Below, piece after piece: positions 27,914 through 41,390 of a stretch of DNA of 64,000 nt. The notes below the pieces were generated by a model. That model was not told where the DNA came from. It did not search any database and worked only from the letters and a program-made list of their open reading frames with translations. Position 1 is the first letter of the stretch. Each line of letters opens with the position of its first letter. The position numbers were made by a program, and so were the translations under genes. The DNA is taken from assembly GCA_951406725.2 (NCBI GenBank), contig OX597830.1, positions 75,020,001-75,084,000 on the forward strand. Reading direction: 5' to 3'. This stretch comes from Octopus vulgaris. Lineage: Eukaryota.

Positions 27914-27917
27914 GACA

Positions 27918-28077
27918 AGGCGGCGAGCTGGCATAGAGGTTAGCACGCCGGGTGAAATGCTTAGCGGTATTTCGTCTGCCGCTACGTTCTGAGTTCAAAT
28001 TCCGCCTAGGTCGACTTTGCCTTTCATCCTTTCGGGGTCGATTAAATAAGTACCAGTTACGCACTGGGGTCGATATA
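27918..28077 (+). mobile_element. SINE family A
   Basis: ggcggcgagctggca head plus Meta-like core. Confidence 0.88.
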
Positions 28078-28289
28078 GTTTCATACACTTGTATTGTACC
28101 ACATTATTTCTTTCTATCGAAATTCACGCACAACGCTTATGTTGCCCCAAGACAAGGGGAAATTAAACTTACCCCAAAATACTACACAATTTGATCAACA
28201 CCGTGGTTTCTTGGTTACAAATCTATAACTTCTTGATTATTCCCCATTCTAGTGATCATGCTGTCAGCATATGCTTGGCATAATTCGAG

Positions 28290-28610
28290 AAAACCATGGC
28301 CTAAAAAATAGCATTAATAGGCACCGCACACATCCTACGTAAAACACTTTCAACACAAAGTAAATAAGAGCACTGCAACAAACCACAGCACATAGCCAAG
28401 GCACACAGAGCTGCGCTCGGCAGTGAAGGGAAAGCACGGCCTGCAGCAAATATTCTGCTCAATACCAAAGATTTGCATGTCAGTTGTTTGATCTTAACCA
28501 ATTGAGCATGTACCTTAGCGATTGATGATATGTGCATCTCTGATCACGAGCAGAAGTAATGGGGTGCACCATAGCTATGTGTTGAGAGGAATTCTTTGGG
28601 GTTTAGAGAT
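28290..28610 (+). mobile_element. R4/Dong-type LINE 3' fragment
   Basis: Encodes ..ALIGTAHILRKTLS (RLE C-terminus), then a 3' UTR that is the reverse complement of 29455-29710. Confidence 0.75.
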
Positions 28611-29011
28611 TCCTGTGATTATAACATTTTGCAGAACGATATTTTAAACTCAATGAAAAATAGAGTTGCATTTAAAAAAAAATCTAGGTGGCAAATTTTC
28701 CCTGGTATAGGCGCGGGATGTATTTTCATTAATTATATCTTAGTTTAATGATTGTGTTATATAATATTTCTTTTAATTATCCATAATTAATGGATGTTTA
28801 TATAACTTTTAATGTTGACCCTGGTAACAATGTATACCGTGTTCGCCCCTCCCATGTTTTCATATAACAGTGATTTGTCTAGCAGCAAATGTTTTTAAAA
28901 CATTTGTCTTTAAACTTTTAGGAAAACATTTTGGAAAACTGAGCTTAGAGACAGACTAAATGATGTACTGCTTTGCTATTGCAGTTGCTGTTATTGTTGT
29001 TGTTGTTGTCG

Positions 29012-29103
<92 letters not shown>

Positions 29104-29104
29104 A

Positions 29105-29169
<65 letters not shown>

Positions 29170-29170
29170 G

Positions 29171-29985
29171 AGTGAGAGAGCAGTGCATGAAATCAAAGTG
29201 ATGCTGGGTAAAATATACGAAGCCCAGTATAAATATCATGACTACCCGCCTGATAAGAGTACACCAGGAACATGCATCGCAACCATATGCACGTGACATG
29301 GTAATCTCATGTCAAGATTAACAGCACATGACCTTGCAGGTGGAGCACAGTTAGAATTTTCATCAGGTCGAGTAGCCCATCCTGCTCAAAATGTCCCTGA
29401 ATCAGAGTTGTTTAAGGATGTTGAACGAAACACCTATGTTTCCAGATGTGAATTATCTAAACCCCAAAGAATTTCTCTCAACACATAGCTATGGTGCACC
29501 CCACTACTTCTGCTCGTGATCAGAGATGCATAAATCATCAGTCGCTAAGGGACATGCTCAAGTGGTTATGAGCAGAATATTTGCTGTAGCCTGTGCCTTC
29601 ACTGCACTGTCGAGCGCAGCTCTCTGTGCCTTGGCTGTGTGCTGTGGTTTGTTGAAGCGCTCTTATTTTTTTGTATTGACAATTTTTTACGTAGGATGTG
29701 TGCGGTGTATAGTAGTGTCATTTTTTGTATGTTGTATACACTTGCTAGTCCTGGTGTTTTTGTTATATATTTGTCTGAGTGTTTTTTCTTTTATCATACC
29801 TAATACCTCCACTATCATAGGAATTTTTTCTGTTTTCTGTTTACTGTTTTCTCCACACTCGAATTAACTCTATTTCCAGGTCTTTGTATTTTGAAAGTTT
29901 CTCCGTTTCCTTTGGAGAAACATTCTCATCTTTCAGTATTGATACATCGATTAGAAACCACTTTTCTTTGGTGATCTCTGACATC
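29171..29985 (-). mobile_element. R4/Dong-type LINE 3' fragment inserted in (TAA)n
   Basis: 29590-29985 is homologous to 62820-63195; flanked on both sides by long (TTA)n tracts. Confidence 0.8.
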
Positions 29986-30058
<73 letters not shown>

Positions 30059-30065
30059 GTTATTA

Positions 30066-30097
<32 letters not shown>

Positions 30098-30119
30098 GTT
30101 ATTATTATTATTATTATTG

Positions 30120-30169
<50 letters not shown>

Positions 30170-30176
30170 GTTATTA

Positions 30177-30208
<32 letters not shown>

Positions 30209-30260
30209 GTTATTATTATTATTATTATTATTATTGTTATTATTATTATTATTATTATTA

Positions 30261-30298
<38 letters not shown>

Positions 30299-30317
30299 GT
30301 TATTATTATTATTATTA

Positions 30318-30370
<53 letters not shown>

Positions 30371-30422
30371 GTTGTTGTTGTTGTTGTTGTTGTGGTTATT
30401 GGTGTTATTATTATTATGATTA

Positions 30423-30635
30423 AGGCGGTGATTTCGTAGAATTGTTAGCAAGCCGGGCAAAATGCTTAGCAGCATTTCCTACGTCTTTGCGTTCAGAGAT
30501 CAAATTCGGCCGAGGTCGACTTTCATCTTTTCAGGGTCGATTAAATAACTACCAGTTACGTACTGGAACCGATGCAATCGACTTAATATCCCTTCCTCTA
30601 CATTTGAGGCCGTATGCTTCCAGTAGAAAGGATTC
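30423..30635 (+). mobile_element. SINE family A (diverged)
   Basis: Head and core similarity to 22702-22850. Confidence 0.8.
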
Positions 30636-31247
30636 TTCTTCTTATTGTTGTTATTGTTTTTGTTGTTTATTTCTATATATATATAATTTTTGATAAAGGT
30701 TTCATTAGGAGACATAACCGAAAGTGTCTTAAATCTAGCGGTGCTGAATAGCCTTAATGGTAGCCGGGATTATCAAGTCGGCTTTTGGCTGCACATATAC
30801 TAGTATCACTACCTTTTCTTTCTCTCTATCCCTCTTTCTTTCTTTCTTTCTTTATTTATTTATTTATTTAACTCTCTCTCCCTTTCTTTCCCTCTCCTTG
30901 TCTCTGTGTATCAAGTTCTGTCTCGCCATCTCTTTTTCTCATTCTCTCTTCTACTAACTTTGTGTACGTATTTGTTCGCATGCATGTATGTATACGTATA
31001 TATATATACATATATATATACATATATACATACATACATGCATATATATATATATATATACATACGTAAATTTGTGTGTGTGTTTTTGTATATATATATG
31101 TGTGCGGTCTACCGAATGTTAGCAATGAACCTGAGCAACAAGTGTATAAGTGTTGAATGTGAATTCTTTTCTCTCTACTGGTCTACAATACATACAGTAC
31201 AAACACCCATCTACACAAACACACATAGGCACACACACATGTATATT

Positions 31248-31294
<47 letters not shown>

Positions 31295-31818
31295 TAAGAA
31301 TCTTAAGTAAACAAATAGCTAATGATTTTAATCACTTCTCACTTGCGCAAGCAAGTTGTTTTCTGTTACATTCATTACACGACAAAATCAAATCAGACTC
31401 AGTCACATGACAGTCACATGCTATCAAGATTAATTATATGGAAACTACACCTGCAAAAGACATTAAATTAATGTAAAACAATTTCGAAAGAAATTACTCT
31501 TACCGATTCCATATACAAGGCTAACCGCAATGAATAATAGGTAGTCAGAAGTGTTTGCTATTATACATATATATATATAGGCTTTGTTTCAGCTTAAATA
31601 TATTTTCATCTTTTATGTGCAACAAGGTCTGATTTTTATGATATTTTATAATCGATTAAATCGATTTAATTTGCGTCGTATTTTGTGAATGTATATAAAC
31701 AATGGCGTCGTTTGCTATAAGTTTCATGCGGGCCAATCGCAGTTATTCTGAAATCTTATTGATGAGACTAACACGAAAGTGTGAGCAGGATTATGTAAGT
31801 TGAAATATGTTTGAGACA

Positions 31819-32560
31819 TCTATATACATAAAACTCAACTTGTGTGTCTGTGTGTGTGTGTGTGTCTGTGTGTTTAACTTCCCGGCACATCTCCTCCTAG
31901 CCAACAAATTGTAGAACCACCAAAAAAGGGTCACTTAAAGTTTAGGCGAATGAAAATTGAACTGCGCTATTTCTGTTATGAAAATTGAACTGCGCTATTT
32001 CTGTTCCGAAATTCATCTCGTAAGTGCAAAAATCGATAATGTGCTTGTTTAGGCCTTATCCCATGCATTGAATAGTGAACTTTACTCAGTCAGCTGCTTG
32101 ACGTGAACTGTGTTCACCACGCGTGCAAGCATGCGTATATTGCATAAAAAATAAAAAATAAAGATATAAAAACGAATCGCCGTAAACATTGTAGAAATTC
32201 GGCAAAGAAATGAATTTTCGGGATGTAGCCTGGAGGGTTTTTTTCGTATTAATCGTTTGGACTTTGTGAACACATACCAATTGTTTTCATAACATTTTTA
32301 ACGCTTTGAATTAAATGTGACCCTTTTGCCTTGAGTCTGCAGTTTGAATCACTTTAACCAAATTTTAGCAGGCCGGATTTTTGATCATCACGATACATCG
32401 CCAGCGACTCCCTGAAACTCTCCCCTGAAGTCCCCGTTGAGAAATCTATATATATAAAACTCAACTTGTTTGTCTGTGTGTGTATCTGTCTGTGTGTGTC
32501 TGTGTGGTTAACTTTTGGATCTACCAAGTTTCATTATTAAGGATGAAAAGTAGTATATAG
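31819..32560 (+). mobile_element. Helitron-like non-autonomous fragments (two 5' ends)
   Basis: A|TCTATATA(C/T)ATAAAACTCAACTTGT+(GTCT/GT)n at 31819 and 32445; internal 28-bp tandem duplication at ~31951-32006. Confidence 0.6.
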
Positions 32561-32564
32561 CAAA

Positions 32565-32954
32565 TCTATATATATAAAGCTGAAGTTGTCTGTGTGTGGC
32601 GGGTTTGGTTGCCTTCAACTAACACTATCTCCTTCGAGACCCTGCAGTGCAAGTTGACCAAAATTGTGAGTATGATAGAAAAAGGCTTGCTCTTTATTCT
32701 GTAGAAGATAAAATTCAAATCGGACCATGTTAACACCAAAATTTATTTACATCAAGAAGGTGCTTTTTTTCTATGAAAATCCCTATTTTTTTACGATTTT
32801 TGACTGCTGTGTCACCATTTTTCGGTGTATTTCAACTGGAAAAATGTTCACTTGAAGAGAATAACAAGTTGCATAATACAAAAGTTTTACTTTTCAAAAA
32901 TTCTAATTCTAAAGGGTCGAAACAAACCCAAGCAACACCGGGTGATACTGCTAG
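32565..32954 (+). mobile_element. Non-autonomous Helitron
   Basis: 5' A|TC start, subterminal hairpin-like cccaagcaacaccggg and 3' CTAG|T end; no TSD. Confidence 0.75.
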
Positions 32955-34435
32955 TATTTCAATAAACTCGAAACAACGATGTCTGGGATTTCTTATAGAT
33001 GGCAACACTGAACGAACAGTAAGAGAGATTTATTCTCCACGCTAAATGCAGTGCATTTGCCTTTTAGCAATTGAAATGTATGACAAACATATCTCAAATT
33101 ACCTAATTTTGCTCACACTTACAAACAGCTTAGCGTCGACACTTCTTTATTAAGACGAACGTCGTTGTTTTTCTTTTAGAGCTGCGTGATTTGGAAACAA
33201 TTTCTCACATTTTTGTCACATATGAGTAGGTTATAGAAGTGTTGACGATTTCATACAGAACTTCATAATGACAACTTCTACTACGAACCTTTGTTAGGCA
33301 TTTGATACAGCAGAAACGTGTTACAAGACTAGTAGAAGTCATCACTGACTTAGTAACTGGGTCAAAGGAACACAGGAAAATATAGGATATGTAAGTGTAG
33401 CAACTAGAAAAAAAAAAACAGAGAGGAAATTAACTAAAACTTTAATTTTTTTGTTTTTGTTTTGCTGAATGTTAAATAAAGTAAGACCAAATATTAAAGC
33501 AACAAGTACGATTCGAATGAGCTAAAAGAGAAAATACACGATGAGTGTTTGTACGAAGTCTTAAAACAAATACTGCAGAGTGAAAAAAAAAAACATGTAC
33601 CTTCTATATGAGCCGAAAGGGAAAAGAGGGAGCAGTGACCAGAGGAGAAAACGGGAAGTGTTAGCTGATATGGAAGGGACTGAGAACAAAGGCAAAAAGA
33701 GAGTGAGAGTGTAAGAGAGGATGAGTGAAGGAGAGAAAGGAGGGTGAGGGGTGAAGAAGGAAAAAAGGAAAGAAAAAAAGACAGAAAGAGAGAAAGAAAG
33801 AAAGAAGTGATAGAGAACACGTAAGAAGAATGGAAAACATGAGTAAAAGAAAGTCACAACTAACGTCACAAAACCTAACCTAGGAGCAAATTTGTCTCAG
33901 TGCATCAGCAATCATAAATGTAACGATTCTGTACAAAAGATAATATGAGATCAATGAAACAAACGGATAAAAAGTAGAAACAAATAGGTAGGGATCAGCT
34001 GTCCAAATAAAGATTTTAGCAGTTTTGACGCCCTGACACAGACCTGCAACAACAACAATTGGATACAATTGTGAGGCAAGTGATACAATGGTACCGATAT
34101 GAATTAGAAATCATAAAGTCCATGCAAGAGTCTCTTCTCGTTGTTGGTCTATAGGCCCAAGTAAGCTCCCGTTGAAGTGATCAATGCTATGAAATATACC
34201 AGATGTGACCATCTATTCTAAATCCAAGTATAATGCATCTGTGACTGAATTGTATTCTTTTTTCTACTTAGTGCTCCAGCGTTATATGTCTGACAAATTA
34301 ACAACAAATTATAAGGCATTGCATACTATTTAAGGAGTAGCATGTGATATGACGGCAAATTTGGCTACGTATAAATATGCATAAACATATTCGAGCTGGT
34401 TCTAAATTCATTTCTCTCTCATCAGTGATTAATGC

Positions 34436-34599
<164 letters not shown>

Positions 34600-34755
34600 C
34601 ATGATAGATCGTTAGCCACTACAGACATTTTTTTCTTTCCTTGTTTTTTCTGTGTACCTTTCTGTAGAAGAGCGTAGACTCGAAATGTAAAAGATTTTTT
34701 CTATTCCTGAGCGTTATACTAATATAACTGTTTGTTTTGTGCACCACTTTCCCTA
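34600..34755 (+). mobile_element. Short repeat with hammerhead-like variant (family 3)
   Basis: Homologous to 51420-51575; cuuu-CUGUAGA-A-GAGC(guag)ACUC-GAAA-UG-UA-aaag at 34658-34693. Confidence 0.55.
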
Positions 34756-35116
34756 TATATATATATTGTCTGTTCTCTGAAACCCACCCATCCACAAACA
34801 CAATCACGCACACACATACACACACACACATTAATGCCGTTATATACAGTCACACACACAGACACTCACTCACAAAAAGAAATTCACCATTCATTTGAAC
34901 TGCACCCTTTCACCTTCCTATTCTTATGCCTCTCTTCTCCTACTTCGTTTGAACCCTTGAACCTTTAGAACCTTCTAGATTCTTCTACATCCAACCATTT
35001 TGACGTCACTCCTTATAAAGGAATTGTTTAAAGAGACACTCATTTACACTATGGGCTCCGTGTGAACAGTCATCTAAAAGTTTTTGTGCATCTTGATGTT
35101 GACATAAGTTCATTGC

Positions 35117-35199
35117 TTTTCCTGATGAGAAAGCGGCATAATATACTCCTTATTCCTTCGCAATTAGGAATATGCAGCCTTCGAAACATATGTCGAAAA
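35117..35199 (+). ncRNA. Type I hammerhead ribozyme family 2, all core nucleotides canonical
   Basis: UUUUC-CUGAUGA-GAAAGCGGCAUA...UAUGCAGCCUUC-GAAA-CAUAUG-UC^GAAAA; predicted cleavage after 35194. Confidence 0.88.
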
Positions 35200-35247
35200 T
35201 AAAGGAATTTTGTTAATTCGTCGTTCAACTACATTCTTTCATATATT

Positions 35248-35319
<72 letters not shown>

Positions 35320-36196
35320 CATATATATGTATTTCCATATACACACACACACTCTCTCCCACACACAAACTCACTCACACATACATATATCATTGCAATT
35401 GCTAAATTTGGGGGAAATATTTCTATTTCAGATAAAATTTATATTAAATGTTTACTGTTAATCAGATCTCATCAAGAGTACATAAATATAAAGACTAACC
35501 AACTGTGATCGTTCCCTCCGATTTTTTTTTATCGTTACTTAGTAGCAGCTCATATCGTGTTAGTCAAAGGTGTTCCACATTAGATCAGGTCTTCTCTTTT
35601 TTTTAAATATTACTCGGGATTCGGCTACTAACAACTGAGTGCAAAATAGATACGTATATTTCCTCTCATTAATTCCATGTATCCATAGTATTTTAAACGA
35701 AAGGATGAAATTTGAAAGACGTTTAGCTGCTAATACTGGCAGGTGATGTTTCAATGCGGAGGTATCCTCATCAACAAGTCGTATATTTTCGAGTACTGAC
35801 GCACTAAAATATAAATGGCGTCTATTTCCTTTTCTCTGTGTGTTTAGTTAATGCCATTAAAAGTTATAGTTTATTTCATTAACACAACTACTGTCGTGCG
35901 GAAAAACATGAATGTCACACCTTATTTCACAATCATCTATTATATTTTGGAAAAATGTACATATTTACACGATTAAATGTGTATCAAAGATATCTTTACG
36001 CTTTTACACTCTTACATTTGAACAATAAAAAATTCCCATACAGTATATATAAATGTATATATATACTTAAATATACATATATGCTTATATTTACAGATAC
36101 ATGTATTCACACACGCACGAATACATAAATACATACATATACATATACATACATATATATATATATTTATATATATATATATATATATACATATAT

Positions 36197-36241
<45 letters not shown>

Positions 36242-36797
36242 CATATATATATATACATATATGATATATATATATATGATATATATACATATATATGTAT
36301 ACATATATATATATGTGTGTGTTTGTGTGTGTGAGTGTGTGTGTGCGCGCGTGTGTGTATGTATAGTTGAATTCAACCATATGTCCGCGTAAAAAACACA
36401 CACACAAACATTTACATTTACACGTAGAATTTTAGACCAATCTTGCTGCAACAAATGCACTGATAGGCAAAAACAGAACAGAACTTCACATATTCTCTCA
36501 TGTACAGACTGAATCATTTATATTTCTGTATATGCATATATATTTGGACACAGGAATAATTCCACCAGTTTCATATGTAAACATGTTTATATACGTGTAA
36601 ATTAGAAATTATACACAATATATCATACACAAAATTTTATAAACACATTCATAAACACACTAGGTCACATATTCTGACAAATACACATCATATATACATG
36701 TGTTTATGTGTGTGTATTTATATATACATATATATATGTATGCGTGTGTTTATATACATGGACTTTGCGCATATATATGTGTGTTCGTGTGAATGTG

Positions 36798-36868
<71 letters not shown>

Positions 36869-36886
36869 TTATATATCTATTTATCC

Positions 36887-36920
<34 letters not shown>

Positions 36921-36921
36921 G

Positions 36922-36956
<35 letters not shown>

Positions 36957-36979
36957 ATATATATACAAATCTATGTGCA

Positions 36980-37020
<41 letters not shown>

Positions 37021-37840
37021 GCACATAGATTTGTGTATATGTACATGGCTATGTATACATATAGATCAATGCACAAACTCACACGTATACACGCACACAC
37101 GCACATGTTGTCCCTTGAGCGCCAGGTTATTTAGACAACTTTACGCTGCTTCTTAGGCCATCACATTTCGTGAGCAATTTCATAATCTTTATATCTTCAG
37201 GGCATTGTTTCACAAAAACTCACACAGTAAAATGGTGGCTGCCAACGCCAAGAGAGTCTATTTTACTGTTTGTCATAATGCCAGATGACCCAGCAATGGC
37301 AACGGAGCACATTCAACTATAGATCGATCAACAAATAAACGAACGAACTGCATTTTTTTGTTGTTTATTTTTTCTTTCTTTCTTTATGTTTTCCTTTTTT
37401 TTTTACTTCTGTGTCTTATGCTTGCTGCGACCTTTTGATTCCGCGGCTACTGCTGCTGTTACTGCAATGTTTACCGAACCTGGCCGATCGGTTACGATGT
37501 CCGCATCGCAATGCAACCATGAGGTCTCGGATTCACTTTTTCTGCAAAGTATGCGGAACAAGTGCCTTTTAACCTAATTACGAATCTACAAAAGATTTAT
37601 GAATAAAACTTAGTTTTGGGGTGCTGTGAGGAAGCCTGTTCTACTAGTGTTATAATTATTTGTAATTCTTTTAATAGGATGTACAATAGAATATTGTGTC
37701 GCGTTCATTCTATCAGAAAATGACATTAAGTGTACAGGTAAAACTTATAAAATTTTGTCGATGGGATAAATGGAATATTCGTCGTCGATACCGACGGACG
37801 ATTCGTTTCCTTGTTGTTATACAAGCCAACTTCAACCTAG

Positions 37841-37894
<54 letters not shown>

Positions 37895-37898
<4 letters not shown>

Positions 37899-38125
37899 GC
37901 ACCTACAAAGTTACCTTCCCAGGCACAGTTCCGAGCAAAGTTGTTTGTGGAAGACCAGCAGTCACCCATGCATAACGGTCTTCCCTCTCCACCTCACCTG
38001 TCTTATCCAAGGGAAACGGAAAGGCAAAGTTCGATACAGCTTGGAATCTGTGACGTCGGAACTCATTTCTACAGCTGAGTGAACTGGAGCAACGTGAAAT
38101 AAAGTGTCTTGCTCAAGAACACAAC
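37895..38125 (-). mobile_element. SINE family C (truncated)
   Basis: Matches 41995-42225. Confidence 0.85.
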
Positions 38126-40479
38126 AAATCGAAATATCGTTTTGGAAAATTTCAAAATTTTCTGAGTGTAAAACAAAAAATAAAAAATAGAGACAAAACA
38201 TCTTTAACTGGTGATTACACCGTTCAGTATCGACAATAGTTTGTGAAGTGTCAACAGATTTCGATTCAGAATATACCAATCAAATGAATAGATTCGAAAA
38301 TATATGTCAGCATAACGTTATCGAGGTAATCCAAAATTGGTTAAATTCAAAAGGCTTAGATTTATGGCGTATCATTAGATCCCAAAACCCGTTGGTTTAA
38401 GGCCTCTTCAGTGTGTGTATGTATATCTATTTATCTCTATCTTAAGGCCTCTCTATGTGTATGTATATCTACCTATCTCCCCCCTCTCTCTCTACACGCG
38501 CACACACACGTACACACATACACATGTACAAACACACATGCACACGCACAGCAAACACACACAAACATATACTTATATATACATTCATGGATATAAAATG
38601 TAGGGCGTATTGAGAGTTAATAAGTATATAAATTTTTAAATCTTTAAATTGTTTCAACTTCATTTTTATTGAGTCCTGCATTAAATATATCATCACGAAC
38701 TTAACTAGTTTTTTCAGAATGATACGTATCACTTATTTACTCTAAAGTTACTTATTTATAACAACATTTCACACGTAGTATGCATGTGATCCTGATAAAG
38801 ATATATATATAACATTGGTCTTAGATCATATCCATGCCAAGTACTCCTAAATTTTTTGATATTTTTATCCCTCTCACATTTACTCTTCCGACTAATCTTC
38901 ATATCCATTCTGAAGTAAAATATTTTATTATTTTAATAAGTTCATTTTCTTTCAGAATGGTCCGAGTTATAAGTTACAGCCCCAAAACGTTCATAATTAT
39001 TTGTTTTAATATTATTTCATTCATAATTGAAAGCAACATGGATTTCTTTGAAAGAAGAGCGTCGTAGCTAGTTATGACCTTCCCGTCCACTCTCGGTACT
39101 GTTTGGTGAAAAGTTGCTGCTGCCCTTTGGTTTTGAACGATTGGAATATATTTGCTGAGGCCTAATACCATACGTGGTCATTATTGGAAGTATAGTCACT
39201 CGTTTGATGAGAACTGTATTTGTATTCACTCTTTCATTTCCTATTCTAAAATGGATTCGTCGTTTACATAAACCTTTGTCGTGTTCACGAGTCTTTGCCG
39301 TGTACGTAAACCTTTACCTGGTGCATAAGCCTTTGACATCTTGTGAGAACAATAGAGTTTTAAACATGTTCATCCATTTTTGTAATCAGTGCAGTCACTA
39401 GCAAAGTTAAGAACAAAGTATCGATCATTGAAGATATCAATCAATAAGTCCCTGTCAATATCCAGCTTTCAATCATTATACACAGGTGCTTTTGAATGAC
39501 TGTGTACATCAATACGTCAGTCACTCTAAATATAAATCTAGCACTCACTGTTGAGCTCCATCAATCAATCAATACTGGATCTCAAAACTGTCAATTTATA
39601 TGCATCAATCTACCCCAATGCATCAATCAGCATGGACATGAATGCATCAATCACTTTAGTCATCAAACTACCAGTCACTGCAATACTCAATCTACGAATC
39701 AATATAGCTTACGCGTTAATCTATCACTGTAGACTTCAATTATTCAATCTCTGCAAATATCATTTTGTTAGTCGCTGTATAAATCAATGAATCAATCAGT
39801 CAATGAGCCAATCAGAGAAAGCATCAATCCATCAATCCAGCGTAGACGTCAGTCTGTCAATCATTATAGATATCACTCGATAAATCACTATTGACATTGA
39901 TCTGCCAACCATATTTGAAATCGATATATCAATCAATATGTAAATCACCTGCATTCATCAATATAGCTTAAAGTTAATACAGACCTTCAATGTAAATCAA
40001 TATGGTCAGCATTTCAAACGTCAATATCAATAACATGTAGTCCTTGTTAAAGCTATTAATGTTTAAACTTCCTCCATTGGTCAGCTGTGATTTAGAATAC
40101 GTGCTAAGACAGTAGAGTCTTAAAGGTGATTTGGCGACTATTTCTAGCAGTAAGTATGACTGTTTAGTGACTTACTTGCTAATTTCTATCGTTATCGTAT
40201 TCTCTAGTCCTAGATCAGAACACCTTAGTTATTCCATCTGTGACCATCCTTCCTCCACCCATATTGTTTAATTTTGAAGCAATGTGTATACAAGACTATA
40301 TTAAACTAACTAGCCTCTATATATATAAGCAAGCATAGCCAAGTTTGCTTTGTCATCACAAGTTCCCCAGTTCAATCCCACAATAAAGCATTTGGGGCAA
40401 ATGTTTTCAACGGCGGTACATCAGCATGGCCGCAGCTATGAGCTAAAACTACAGCAAAAACTAATCTATATATATATAT

Positions 40480-41100
40480 AGGTGCAGGTGTGGCTGTGTG
40501 AAAAGAATCACGCTTCCCAAACACACAATTCTGTGCGTTGAGTTCTACTGCGTGACACCTTCTACAAGTTTATTCTACAATGCCCTCGGGGCCGACCTTA
40601 TGAGTAGATCTGGTGGCCATAGATTGAATCAATCCCAGTACTTATTTATTCTGGTATTTATTCTATCGGTCACTTTAGTTGAACAGCTATGTTAAGGGGT
40701 CGTAAATAGACCAACACAGGTTGTCAAGTGATGATGGGGAACAAGTACAGACACAAAGACACACTCACTCACTCACATACATACACACGCATTCACACAC
40801 ACACACACACATGTATATATATGCGACGGGCTTTTTTCAGTTTCCGTTATCCAAATCCACTCACAAGTCTTCGGTCGGGAAGCAAGCTTCTTACTTAACG
40901 TGTCTTTGTGTCTGTGTTTGTTCCTCCACCGTCGTTTAACAACCGATGTCTAATATACGTCCCCGTAAATTAGCCGTTCGGCAAAATAGAATGATAGAGT
41001 AACTACTAGGCTTACAAAGAATAAGTTGTGGAGTCCATTCTCTCGACTAAAAAAACAAAAAACTTTAGGGCGGTGCCACAGCATGGCCGCAGTCAATTAC
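40480..41100. mobile_element. Nested SINE family B fragments in both orientations
   Basis: Head 40480-40610 (+), body 40640-40890 (-), tail 40900-41100 (+). Confidence 0.75.
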
Positions 41101-41166
41101 CTGAAATAATTTTTAAAATAAATGAATTAAATATATATAAATTTATCACCCGTTCATTTGAAATTG

Positions 41167-41390
41167 CAGTAAGCTCTCACCATATCGCGGGTCAAATATC
41201 ATCGATTCCTCCCTGGTGTTATTTTGTACTTATGATAAAATAAATATATGCAAATTATAAAAATATTTGAAAAAAATGTACAGTACAGTAAAATAATAAA
41301 CGTATATACAGTACTGTTTTTACTTCACGGATTTTCACTTACCACGGGGTGTTATTGAACGTAACACCCGCGATAATGGAGGGATTACTG
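41167..41390. mobile_element. pogo/Tigger-type MITE
   Basis: TIRs CAGTAAGCTCTCACCATATCGCGGG and CCCGCGATAATGGAGGGATTACTG, followed by TA. Confidence 0.7.

Noticed and set aside
29355-29370. CTGATGA on the minus strand in the LINE 3' UTR
   Set aside because: No helix II followed by GAAA-UH.
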